From: a virus
Lineage: Duplodnaviria; Caudoviricetes
Virus record (IMG/VR): IMGVR_UViG_3300027983_000017
Location: 1 to 59,925 of that record
Direction: 5' to 3' (one strand)
Length of the DNA: 59,925 nt
This document shows, in pieces, positions 8,861 through 17,801 of the stretch; positions within the stretch are counted from its first letter, which is position 1; every line of letters begins with the position of its first letter. Under the pieces are notes generated by a model. That model did no database searches. It saw nothing but the letters and a program-made list of their open reading frames with translations, and was not told the origin of the DNA. The position numbers and the translations under genes are program-made.

Positions 8861-9157
8861 ATGAAAAAAACAGCATTACCATGTTGCGCCTTGTGCCAAC
8901 TGTCAGACGTAGGAAATAAAACTACACTCGAAGAGCTTCGATTCTTTTTAAGTAAACTTACTTTAGAGAAAGAATCGAATACAGATTATGGAATAAGTTA
9001 TGGAGATGGCCAAACTAGTGTCTTTGTAATAGTGAGTCCTGGAGAGGATATACTAATGTCTAATTTAAAATCACTTGGCTTTAAATTAGCATGGACTTTT
9101 GAACGTAGGAGAAGCTATCCTAAAGGGATGCTAAAAATGATGGTGAAAAATGTTTAA
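8861..9157 (+). CDS. Intron-1 cargo ORF in loop L5; hypothetical, possible minimal GNAT-like fold
   Basis: 98 aa, N-terminal PCC and C-terminal LKSLGF; no LAGLIDADG, HNH or GIY-YIG motif. Confidence 0.65.
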   Translation: MKKTALPCCALCQLSDVGNKTTLEELRFFLSKLTLEKESNTDYGISYGDGQTSVFVIVSPGEDILMSNLKSLGFKLAWTFERRRSYPKGMLKMMVKNV

Positions 9158-9179
9158 GCATTAATTACACTAGAATAAC

Positions 9180-9596
9180 ATGAAATACAAAATAACAGGC
9201 TCAGCTTATAGGGTGAGATCAACACCAAAAAACACTTGGAAAAAAATGATAGAAGTCGAAACAGGAAAGCGAAGACACTTTGCTTACGGAACCCTGCAGT
9301 ATGACTTATTAAGCATGAACAGGTCTAATGAGGCTTTAAAACACGTATTTTATTTAAAAGACAATCCCGTGCCGTCAATTGATTTTGATTTTACAAAAGA
9401 TAATACTATACTATTTGTCAAATGTCCTCAAGATTGGAGAAAAACCAAAAAGTGGGAACAAGTTACAAGTTTAGAATATATGCTTAATGGCAAATATTGG
9501 ATTTGTAAAACTTATAAATTTGGGTGGAGTAGATTAAAAAATTGTAAAATAAAACAAAACGGTGTAGAGACTAACAAGGAACAACCTAGGGTTTAG
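9180..9596 (+). CDS. Intron-1 cargo ORF running through the ribozyme core; hypothetical
   Basis: 138 aa; reads through the P5/P4 3' strands, P6, the P7 5' strand and the P3 3' strand, and stops inside P8. Confidence 0.5.
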   Translation: MKYKITGSAYRVRSTPKNTWKKMIEVETGKRRHFAYGTLQYDLLSMNRSNEALKHVFYLKDNPVPSIDFDFTKDNTILFVKCPQDWRKTKKWEQVTSLEYMLNGKYWICKTYKFGWSRLKNCKIKQNGVETNKEQPRV

Positions 9597-9702
9597 GTTG
9601 ATGAGATAGTCCGAACTGCAAATATAAAAATACTAAATTGCAGAATCAAACAGAAATGATTTGGTATTTAAGTATAAAAAGTTAAAAAAAAAAAAAAAAA
9701 TC

Positions 9703-10467
9703 ATGATAAAAGTATATGTAGAAGGCTCCTCTTTTTATGGTAAAATGATAGAGGATTCTATTATTATTAGCGACCCTATAAAAGCAGATCTTATTATTTT
9801 TACAGGAGGAGCAGATGTAAATCCTAAGCTTTATTCAGAAACTTGTCACAACACTACCCGCTTCAGCGATGAGAGGGATGACAAAGATAAAGCTATTTAC
9901 ACACTAGCTATAAAAAATAATATACCCATGTTAGGTATATGCAGAGGTGCTCAATTTCTTACTGTTATGAATGGCGGTAAACTTATACAACATGTTGAAG
10001 GACATGCTAATGGGGACCATAATGCATCTTTGCATGACCCTTCTGCTATAGGTATAGAGGGGGAGGTTTTTAATACGACCTCTACCCACCATCAAATGAT
10101 GTACCCATTTAATTTAGATCCTAGTTCATATGATATTTTAGCATCTTCAGAAGAAGAGCTTTCTAGTATTTATCATAAAAACAAGACAGAGGTTTTTAAA
10201 GAAGAAGAAATAGATGTGGAGTGTGAGATAGTATATTACAAAGAAACTCTATGTTTGTGTATACAGGGTCACCCAGAATCAATGTTAACAGATGAGGTAA
10301 TGATGACAATTGTCAATAATATGGTAGATGTCTATTTATTTTTACATCCTTTTATGGATGGTTCTGAGGACACCCTTTTATTAGAAGAGGCTAAAAAAAA
10401 AGAATCTGTAGAAAAATTGTTTTTATCTCAAGAGGAGGAAACAGGTGAATTAGAAAACTTTTTATAA
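9703..10467 (+). CDS. Intron-1 cargo: class I glutamine amidotransferase / peptidase C26 (gamma-glutamyl hydrolase family)
   Basis: FTGGADVNP.LY, GICRGAQ, STHHQMM and QGHPE motifs give an intact Cys-His-Glu triad. ATG 9703 follows an A17 run. Confidence 0.9.
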   Translation: MIKVYVEGSSFYGKMIEDSIIISDPIKADLIIFTGGADVNPKLYSETCHNTTRFSDERDDKDKAIYTLAIKNNIPMLGICRGAQFLTVMNGGKLIQHVEGHANGDHNASLHDPSAIGIEGEVFNTTSTHHQMMYPFNLDPSSYDILASSEEELSSIYHKNKTEVFKEEEIDVECEIVYYKETLCLCIQGHPESMLTDEVMMTIVNNMVDVYLFLHPFMDGSEDTLLLEEAKKKESVEKLFLSQEEETGELENFL

Positions 10468-10484
10468 TTAAAGTTAACAGAAAG

Positions 10485-10833
10485 AGAGGAGCATTAATGC
10501 TCACAATAGATGTGCGACATCCAGATGTTCTGGAGTTTATAAATGCTAAAAAAGATCGTACTAAAGTAACTGGAGCTAATATATCAGTTATGCTAAGAAA
10601 TGATTTTATGAAGGCAGTTGAAAAAGATGCTACTTATATACTCAGATATCCTTGTGACGCAAGTCCTGAGGAAGCTACTACAGTAAAAACTGTTAAGGCT
10701 AAAGATATATATGAAGCTATAGTTGAAAATGCTTGGGAAAATGCAGAGCCAGGACAGATGTTCATAGACAGACACTATGATTACAGCCCTGATTCTGTTT
10801 ACTCCGAGTATCGTGGGGTAACAACCAATCCGT
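10485..10833 (+). CDS. nrdJ: Class II ribonucleotide reductase, exon 2
   Basis: RGALMLTIDVRHPD...GANISV...AEPG.MFID...TTNP plus the first base of the catalytic Cys codon. Confidence 0.92.
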
Positions 10834-10930
10834 GAAACTACGCGGCCTTATACAGTGATGTATATTGAATAATTCCGAATCCCTTAATAGGGGGTAATAA
10901 TATCAAAAAAAATTAAATAGAAAATAAAAA

Positions 10931-11638
10931 ATGGGTTTAGCAGGAAAAAGTAAAATTTCTTTAAAAAGGTGGACTTTAGTTTCAAAAGACCTTTATAATA
11001 TAACAGGCGCATTTACATGCTCTGACTACATAAGGGATCGTATCGTACTCCTAAAAGGGTTTTTTATAAGTAGGATAGACCTTGAGATAAAAAATTATTT
11101 ATTACATTTAGGGTGTACAATAAACAAAGGTTTTGTGAGTCATGAAAATCCCGCAGCAACTTTATACGCTTTTAGGGTTTGCAGGTTTCAAGGTACTGAA
11201 GATTTGCTCGGTATGATAAAAAGTACGAACTATATAATTGATAAGACAGGCATGGATCCTATAACAGCCATCTTTCTTAATACTTTTTATCACATAGACA
11301 AAGAATCTTCTTTTGATCGTATGCGTGTGAGGGGGGCTGAAGGGTTTCCACCCCAAATGTACCAAAAGAATACATATAACGGTATATACCTTTCTTACCT
11401 CCCTAAAAAACTACCTAGTATTAAAACCCTGGTGTTAAAAGGATTAGATACAGATACTTTTGGTAAGCTAGCTACTCGGATTGCAAGCTTAGAAGATTAT
11501 ATTGTATGTTCTAAGGAAATTTACACCATCAGAAAATTAATGGAAAAAAACGATTTTAATTCAGCATTAAAAAAATTAGAAGGTATTATTGCTAACGGGG
11601 AAACCTTAAAACAAAAAAATGACACTAGAAGAATTTAA
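10931..11638 (+). CDS. Intron-2 cargo ORF in a P3-P4 peripheral loop; hypothetical
   Basis: 235 aa, enclosed by stem 10894-10904/11582-11592; its C-terminus (IANGET) is encoded by the P4/P5 5' strand. Confidence 0.7.
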   Translation: MGLAGKSKISLKRWTLVSKDLYNITGAFTCSDYIRDRIVLLKGFFISRIDLEIKNYLLHLGCTINKGFVSHENPAATLYAFRVCRFQGTEDLLGMIKSTNYIIDKTGMDPITAIFLNTFYHIDKESSFDRMRVRGAEGFPPQMYQKNTYNGIYLSYLPKKLPSIKTLVLKGLDTDTFGKLATRIASLEDYIVCSKEIYTIRKLMEKNDFNSALKKLEGIIANGETLKQKNDTRRI

Positions 11639-12128
11639 AAATAAATACCCTTTTGTACAGACTCCCCAACAGAGGGGTTCTATTACAGTAGGGGCTTGTA
11701 GAATTTCTTGGAGAGAAACCTCGAATTGTAAGTTCTTAATGGCCAACCAGCCAAGTGGTGAACTACTAGAAGCACTGTTTAAAAAAATGCCCTATTATCC
11801 TGGGTTGTTTTGCACTGCTGGAACCAGAGTAAATAGAAAAACCTACCCCCCAGAGTATAGAATTCTGTATGAAGTAGAAGTTCCTGTTTCATATGACAGC
11901 GCATGTAATCAAATACACTATTACATACAGAATCCATATCATACACATTATAAAAATAGGTTGGATAAAATGGTACCTGTATTAATAGGGGATAAAACTA
12001 AAAAAACTATTTTTAATTACAAAGAGTTTCTAGAAGTAGAAAAAAAGTATAAATCAAATTACTATAAATACAGAGCTTTAGTAAAATTGATGAAATTTGA
12101 AGATCCAAAAAAGTCTATAGAAAAATAA
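11619..12128 (+). CDS. Intron-2 cargo ORF in loop L5; hypothetical
   Basis: 169 aa between P5 strands acctt (11603) and aaggt (12128). Confidence 0.7.
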   Translation: MTLEEFKNKYPFVQTPQQRGSITVGACRISWRETSNCKFLMANQPSGELLEALFKKMPYYPGLFCTAGTRVNRKTYPPEYRILYEVEVPVSYDSACNQIHYYIQNPYHTHYKNRLDKMVPVLIGDKTKKTIFNYKEFLEVEKKYKSNYYKYRALVKLMKFEDPKKSIEK

Positions 12129-12298
12129 AGGTAATCCCGTCACGTCAATTGATAATGTAAATTACAAAACGTGCGAGAGACTGACAAGGAACAACCTAAA
12201 AGGTTGGTGATACAGTCCGATCCTAACAAATAAAAATTAAAGTTAGTGTTACATTGCATAAAGTGTAACAATCCGTAAAATAAATAATAAAATCAGAT

Positions 12299-12967
12299 AT
12301 GGGAGTAATAAAATGTACAAGTGTTGGACTCTTTAACTCAATAAGTAAAGATTCTTTATATGCTGTATCGAGAGAAACTAAAGATTTCTTCTTTATAGTA
12401 AACGATAACAACTTAAGATCAAGATACGGTAAAAAATATTTTGAAAAAGTTGAAGAAGCAGATAAAACTGAGAAAGTTAGTGTGACTAAGCCAGAAGATA
12501 TTCTTGTCCATAACGATGGAGAGTATTTTATACTTACTCACCCGAAAAAAGTATTAAAAATAATACTTATAAAAGATCTGCTGAACCTTATTTCAGGTTC
12601 AACAACAAATTTGGGAGAGTTTACTTTAAATATAAACCTCGAACCACTTGTTAAAAAAATAGGAGAGGTAGCCAAGGAATCAAGTCAAAAAGGATTTATA
12701 CTTGACTCTTTAGTACCAGTGCTTATAGAAGAGCTATTTTCTTCTGTTATAGAAGAATACTACGAATCTCTAAAAGAGGAGAAAACTATTTTGTTTTTTA
12801 ACTGTGACCGATACAGCCCTCTAGATCAAATACTAAAAAGTTTTTCTTGTAAAGAAGACATTATTTGTTCTGAAGTAGCCAAAGATAAAATACTATACAT
12901 TCATTTTCTCATGGGTTTTATAAAAGAAGAGGATAGTATGCCTATTTTTCTTGATGAAAACGGATAA
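12299..12967 (+). CDS. Intron-2 cargo ORF in loop L9.2; hypothetical with a small N-terminal beta-barrel-like domain
   Basis: 222 aa enclosed by atccgt (12271)/acggat (12960); N-terminal IKC...Y.V..E...F.IVND....RY.K.YFE pattern. Confidence 0.7.
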   Translation: MGVIKCTSVGLFNSISKDSLYAVSRETKDFFFIVNDNNLRSRYGKKYFEKVEEADKTEKVSVTKPEDILVHNDGEYFILTHPKKVLKIILIKDLLNLISGSTTNLGEFTLNINLEPLVKKIGEVAKESSQKGFILDSLVPVLIEELFSSVIEEYYESLKEEKTILFFNCDRYSPLDQILKSFSCKEDIICSEVAKDKILYIHFLMGFIKEEDSMPIFLDENG

Positions 12968-12974
12968 TATTTCG

Positions 12975-14593
12975 GTGGTGAAATATTTATGCAACCCTAC
13001 GATGCTTGTAGGCTAATATGTCTTAATTTCTTTTCTTTTGTAAATGAGTGTTTTACAGAAAAAAGCAGTATAGACTATAAAAAGCTTTATGAAGTATCCT
13101 ACGAGATGCAGTTAATGGCTGATGATCTAGTAGACCTAGAAATAGAAGCTATTGACAAAATAATAAAAAAAATAGAAGATGATCCCCAACCAGAAGAAGT
13201 TAAGTCTTTAGAGTTATCCCTATGGAATAAAATAAAAGATGTGGCTTCTTCTGGCAGAAGGACTGGTAACGGGTTTACTGGGCTGGGTGATATGTTTGCT
13301 GGTATAAACATAAAGTATGGTTCTGATGAGAGCTTAAAAATACTTGAGTTAGTAATGCAAACTAAAATGAAAGCTGAGCTTAATGCTACTATTGATATGG
13401 CAGAAAAATACGGACATTTCAAAGGGTGGGATCATAAAAAAGAATTTGACTTCAATAATTGGGGTTCTAATGATTTTTATGCTATGCTAGCAAATAAATT
13501 CCCTAAAGAAATGGTTCGTATGAGTAAATACGGTCGTAGAAATGTGTCGTGGAGTACTGTCGCACCTACAGGTAGCGTCAGCATACTAGCAGAAGTAACG
13601 TCTGGACTTGAACCCCTATTTCAACCTTATTATACAAGGAGGAAAAAAGTAAACCCAGGAGATAAAAATGTACAAGTAGATTTTACAGACCAAAATGGAG
13701 ACTCTTGGCAAGAGTATACTGTATTGCATAGTAAGTTTAAAAAGTGGATTGAAGTAAAATCTAACTCTAGTGTGTTCGCAGATGAAATATCTCCTACAGA
13801 CTTACAAGCTTGGTTTAAAGAATCTCCTTGGTGTGGTAGTACAGCTAATGATATAGATTGGGAAAAAAGAGTAGAAATGCAAAGTATTATTCAAACTTAT
13901 ACTAGCCATAGTATAAGTTCTACCCTTAACTTACCTGAAACAGTCTCTAAAAGAGAGGTGGCTAAAATTTATATGCATTCTTATAGGAGTGGGTTAAAGG
14001 GGGTTACTATCTATAGGGACAATTCTAGATCAGGGGTACTAATAACAAAAAAAGAAAAAGAAGGTTTTGTACAAAAAAATGCCCCTAAAAGGCCTGAAAA
14101 AATAAACTGCCGAGTACACCAAACAGTGTATGATAATAATAGGTGGTTAGTTATTGTTGGTCTTTTAGAAGATAAACCTTATGAAGTATTTTGTGTACCT
14201 AATTATTATGAACTTCCACTAGGGAGTTTAGATGGTTTTCTTTCTAAAAAAAATAAAGGAGTATACTTTTTAGAAGTTAAGAAGGATGAACTTGCTTACA
14301 CTATAGAAAATGTAGTAGCAGAGATGACTGCAGAACAAGAAGTGATAACTAGATTGATATCAACATCTCTCAGACATGGTGCTAATATAAAATTTATAGT
14401 AGAACAACTAAGTAAAACTAGCGGTGGAATAACAGCTTTTTCAAATAGTATTTCAAGAGTGCTAAAGATGTACATACCCGAAGGGGAGAAGTCTACTTTG
14501 ACTTTTGAAGATTGTATTGAATCAGAATCTTGTGATATAATCTTTGAAGAAGGGTGTGTAAAGTGTAACTACTGCGCTAAAACAAAATGTTAA
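12975..14593 (+). CDS. nrdJ: Class II ribonucleotide reductase, exon 3 (spliced product 809 aa)
   Basis: (C)GEI, DACRL, GRRTG.GFTG, TVAPTGSVS, ISSTLNLP, LKGVTIYRD motifs and C-terminal EEGCVKCNYC...C. Exons sum to 462+349+1619 = 2430 nt. Confidence 0.94.
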
Positions 14594-14600
14594 ATAAATA

Positions 14601-15038
14601 ATGCCTATATATTGTAAGGTTAAACAGAAAAGAACAGTCAGATCCTTTCTTAAAGAAGGGTTTACAGGAAATAAAAATGGGTTTAAAAGTAAATTTGTTT
14701 CAACGTACTCAGATGAAGAATGCGTTATTTTAGAATGTGATATTGCAAGGAGGTCCTTTCAAGATTTATATACTATATGTAGTACAAGATATAAAAATCT
14801 TAACAAAAACCTTTTTTCTCTTGAGTTAATACAAATGATACAAAGAAGAGAACTAGTTTGTATATACTGTCCCAAAATAGGAAAACTAGTATTTATTGGA
14901 AATACAAAAAACGAGCCAGACCTTACAAAAAATCTTGCAAGACAGGTATCTATGAAATCTTTTGATTTTAAAGGCCTTGATAACTACTCTTTTCAAGATA
15001 TTATAGATATGGCAAATAAAATAAAAAAAGTTTGTTAA
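14601..15038 (+). CDS. Hypothetical protein
   Basis: 145-aa ORF directly after nrdJ. Confidence 0.6.
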   Translation: MPIYCKVKQKRTVRSFLKEGFTGNKNGFKSKFVSTYSDEECVILECDIARRSFQDLYTICSTRYKNLNKNLFSLELIQMIQRRELVCIYCPKIGKLVFIGNTKNEPDLTKNLARQVSMKSFDFKGLDNYSFQDIIDMANKIKKVC

Positions 15039-15352
15039 TAAAAAAATACCAAGACCTTGCTCTAGAAACAGCTGTTTATGGAGAGGGGAAAGTACTAACA
15101 TACCCTATTTTAGGTATGTTGGGAGAAGCTGGAGAAGTGGCCAATAAATACAAAAAAGTACTTAGGGGTGATTACAAAATAGAAGAAGTTAGAGAAGCCC
15201 TTTTAGACGAGTGTGGTGATGTTTTGTGGTACTTAAACGCAACTATAAGAGACCTGGGAGGTGACTTAGAGAGCGTTTGTAGTAATAACATAAAGAAACT
15301 ACAACGAAGACGAAAGAACGGTACTATACTTGGTTCTGGAGATAATAGATAA
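15032..15352 (+). CDS. MazG-like nucleotide pyrophosphohydrolase
   Basis: LGEAGEVANKYKK...DECGDVLWY...N..KL..R...GSGDNR. Confidence 0.9.
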   Translation: MLIKKYQDLALETAVYGEGKVLTYPILGMLGEAGEVANKYKKVLRGDYKIEEVREALLDECGDVLWYLNATIRDLGGDLESVCSNNIKKLQRRRKNGTILGSGDNR

Positions 15353-15357
15353 TAATC

Positions 15358-15390
15358 AAGAGGGGGGGTAATTCCCCCTTCTTTTATTTT
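15358..15390 (+). terminator. Intrinsic terminator
   Basis: G-rich/C-rich hairpin (aagaggggggg-taatt-cccccttctt) followed by a T-tract. Confidence 0.75.
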
Positions 15391-15396
15391 AAACTA

Positions 15397-16083
15397 ATGA
15401 AAGCATTTAAAGTAGGACAAGAATCTTTAAGATTACCCATATGGGCCAAACAAATTAAAGAAATAGTAAATAAAATAGAGGATGCAGATGTATTAATAAT
15501 TGATAGTGATGAGGATTTGAACCCTAGTTTATATATGGATTACACACTACATCCGTATACTTTAAAAGAAAGGATGGACACTATCTCAGATTCTTACGAA
15601 ACAGCTTTAATAAGGAAAGCTATAAAATTAGATATTCCTATAGTAGCAATAAATAAAGGAGCTTTAATGGCTTGTATTGAGGCTGGTGGGGCTGTCATCC
15701 AATATGCAAATAACCATAGAAATATCCATACAATTACAACTTTAGTAGGGGATATAAAAATAGGATCTAAGCACATAGCTATGATGGACCTTAGTTGGTT
15801 ACCCTCAAGTAAATATTCTTTATTGGGGTATTCTAAGGTTTCAAACAACTATCGAAAAGGTAATGAAAACCCTTATTTTAATAAAAAAGAAACAAGAGAA
15901 AGTTTCAGAGAACCAGAAATAGTTTATTTTAAAGAGATAGGGTGCTTAGCCATACAGTGTGACGTACCTGTAGTGGGTTCAATGGATACATATTTTGAAT
16001 ACCTTAAGACCTGTTTGGATAATATGTTATTAATTGAAAGTAAAAAAGATCTCTATGAGAGAAAAGTACGTAATATGCACTAA
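15397..16083 (+). CDS. Degenerate peptidase C26 / class I amidotransferase paralogue (probably inactive)
   Basis: Colinear with the 9703 protein, but AINKGA replaces GICRGA and AIQCD replaces QGHPE. Confidence 0.75.
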   Translation: MKAFKVGQESLRLPIWAKQIKEIVNKIEDADVLIIDSDEDLNPSLYMDYTLHPYTLKERMDTISDSYETALIRKAIKLDIPIVAINKGALMACIEAGGAVIQYANNHRNIHTITTLVGDIKIGSKHIAMMDLSWLPSSKYSLLGYSKVSNNYRKGNENPYFNKKETRESFREPEIVYFKEIGCLAIQCDVPVVGSMDTYFEYLKTCLDNMLLIESKKDLYERKVRNMH

Positions 16084-16990
16084 TTCAGGTATAAAAACTA
16101 TAAAAAGCCTTATTAGTAAAATGTCCGATGTAGTTTTTGTTTCTATTTCTAAACCAGGCCCAAAAAGAAAAGTTATATACTACAAAAATGGTAAAATTAT
16201 AGATAAAAAGTTTTTAGGGGATTGTTTAACTATTAATAACTCTATCATAATCAGGTATGGAAGTGCTTTTCCTATAAAAGGAGAAGGAAATATAGTTTAT
16301 AACGAACCCTCTAACATCATTCTTTCATCCAATAAGATGAAGTCAAGGAAAGAGATGACCGAACTTAAGGTCAGCTGCCCTACTGTTTATGATTTAAAAA
16401 ATAGAATAAGAAAGTTTCCTTTAGTAGTAAGGCCTTTTAAGCACTCTAAAGGAAAAGATTTTACTATACTCAAAAACCCCATAGAATTAGAAGTTTTTAA
16501 AAATAATAATCCTACAGGATATTATTATTCTGAGTTTGTTAAAAAGGAAAAAGAGTTTAGAGTACACTGTGCTCATGGAAAAATCTTACTTATAAAAGAA
16601 AAACCCGAACCCAAAGATGGTAACCCCATATGGAATATAGACGCTAATGGAGAAGCTTTTGTATACATACCTTGGGAGGAGTACAACTTTCCTGGGATGA
16701 GGGATGTTTGTTTACAATCTTTAAAAGCAACCAAGGCTTTAGGTTTAGACTTTGCTGCTATAGATATAATGCTACGAAATAATGTAGCTTACGTACTAGA
16801 GGCAAATACAGCTCCCTCCCTATACACAGCAGAGTACACAGAAGGGCGTTATATAAAATACTTCGAATACCTTTTTAATTTAAGCAAAAATCAGAAATTA
16901 AGCCACTGGGATTACTCTTCTTTTAAGGAGGCTGATTCTTTAGCATGGAAAAATAATCAATTAATTTCAAATAAAAATGTCATCAAATAA
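16034..16990 (+). CDS. ATP-grasp ligase (RimK/YheC-like, phiEco32-type)
   Basis: SSNK, EFRVH, LGLDFAAIDIM and YVLEANTAPSL motifs; the start may be ATG 16055. Confidence 0.88.
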   Translation: MKVKKISMREKYVICTNSGIKTIKSLISKMSDVVFVSISKPGPKRKVIYYKNGKIIDKKFLGDCLTINNSIIIRYGSAFPIKGEGNIVYNEPSNIILSSNKMKSRKEMTELKVSCPTVYDLKNRIRKFPLVVRPFKHSKGKDFTILKNPIELEVFKNNNPTGYYYSEFVKKEKEFRVHCAHGKILLIKEKPEPKDGNPIWNIDANGEAFVYIPWEEYNFPGMRDVCLQSLKATKALGLDFAAIDIMLRNNVAYVLEANTAPSLYTAEYTEGRYIKYFEYLFNLSKNQKLSHWDYSSFKEADSLAWKNNQLISNKNVIK

Positions 16991-17801
16991 GAAAACTTTT
17001 AAGACACTTAAGAATATCACAATAGGATCTGACCCAGAATTGTTTTTAACAACTCTTAAAGGTATGGTTATCTCTGCAGAAGGAAAGCTAGGTGGTACTA
17101 AAGATAACCCTAGAAAATTAAGTAATCTAGGACATGCTGTTCAAGAAGATAATGTTATGGTTGAGTTCAATATCCCCCCTGTTAAAGGAGAGGATGAATT
17201 TGTAAGAGAACTTAAACTAACAATGGATCTTATTAAAAAAGACGTCCTTAAAGGAGAGTATGAACTTTTGGCCATACCATCTTCTTTTTTAAGCAAAGAG
17301 GAGTGTTCTACAGATCAAGCTATAACTGTAGGGTGTGAGCCTGATTTTAACGCATATACAGGAGAGGAAAACCCTACATGTGATATAGATGTTATACCTT
17401 GTAAAAGATACTGTGGTGGACATATTCATATAGGTACTTCTACTGAAATGGGAGAGGACGAAAAAATGGCCCTAATAACATTCATGGATGTATTTGTAGG
17501 TGCACCCTCTTCAATTCTAGATTTAGATGTATATAGGAAAAATATATATGGACAAATGGGTAGAATGCGTTTTACTGACTACGGGGTAGAGTATAGAACC
17601 CTTTCTAATTGGTGGTTAGGTTCTGAAGAAAATCAAAGATTTATATTCAAACAAACAATGATTGCTATAGAATATTATAACAACTGTAGAGGAGTTCTTA
17701 GCGAAGCTTTAAAAACTCTTATTCTAGAAGGTAAATTTCTAGAGGTTTGTAATATTTGTAATATATCTGTTAGTAAAGAAAAAGTACATGTCATGGATTA
17801 A
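16977..17801 (+). CDS. phiEco32-like COOH-NH2 ligase type 2
   Basis: IGSDPELFL, GGTK..P, QEDNV.VEFN, GCEPDFNAY, GGHIHIG and YGVEYRTLSNWW motifs. Confidence 0.92.
   Translation: MSSNKKTFKTLKNITIGSDPELFLTTLKGMVISAEGKLGGTKDNPRKLSNLGHAVQEDNVMVEFNIPPVKGEDEFVRELKLTMDLIKKDVLKGEYELLAIPSSFLSKEECSTDQAITVGCEPDFNAYTGEENPTCDIDVIPCKRYCGGHIHIGTSTEMGEDEKMALITFMDVFVGAPSSILDLDVYRKNIYGQMGRMRFTDYGVEYRTLSNWWLGSEENQRFIFKQTMIAIEYYNNCRGVLSEALKTLILEGKFLEVCNICNISVSKEKVHVMD

Larger units (their letters stand above)
8730..10484 (+). mobile_element. Group I intron 1 in nrdJ (1755 nt) carrying three ORFs
   Basis: P1 ggcgU/Gcgcc; P3 ttcc (8770)/ggaa (9578); P4 acggg (8836)/cccgt (9366); P7 gacta (9569)/tagtc (9607); P8 caaccta/taggttg; terminal G10484. 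Removal restores EGR-RGALMLTID. Confidence 0.92.
10834..12974 (+). mobile_element. Group I intron 2 in nrdJ (2141 nt) carrying three ORFs
   Basis: P1 ccgU/Gcgg; P10 actac/gtggt; P3 ttcc (10873)/ggaa (12188); P4 acggg (11595)/cccgt (12136); P6 cacgt/acgtg; P7 gactg (12179)/cagtc (12213); terminal G12974. Removal restores TNP-C-GEIFMQPY. Confidence 0.92.

Noticed and set aside
9661-9702. TTG start giving an N-terminal poly-Lys on the amidotransferase
   Set aside because: This stretch is intron P9 structure plus the A17 leader; ATG 9703 is the better start.
8730-12974. Homing endonucleases in the introns
   Set aside because: No LAGLIDADG, HNH, GIY-YIG or His-Cys motif is visible in any of the six ORFs, and one is clearly an amidotransferase. 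A highly diverged nuclease cannot be fully excluded without a profile search.
8268-14593. nrdJ as a pseudogene, three separate split genes, or an intein-containing gene
   Set aside because: Both breaks have exact group I splice signals and full cores, and removal restores conserved motifs without loss or gain of residues. No intein termini are present.
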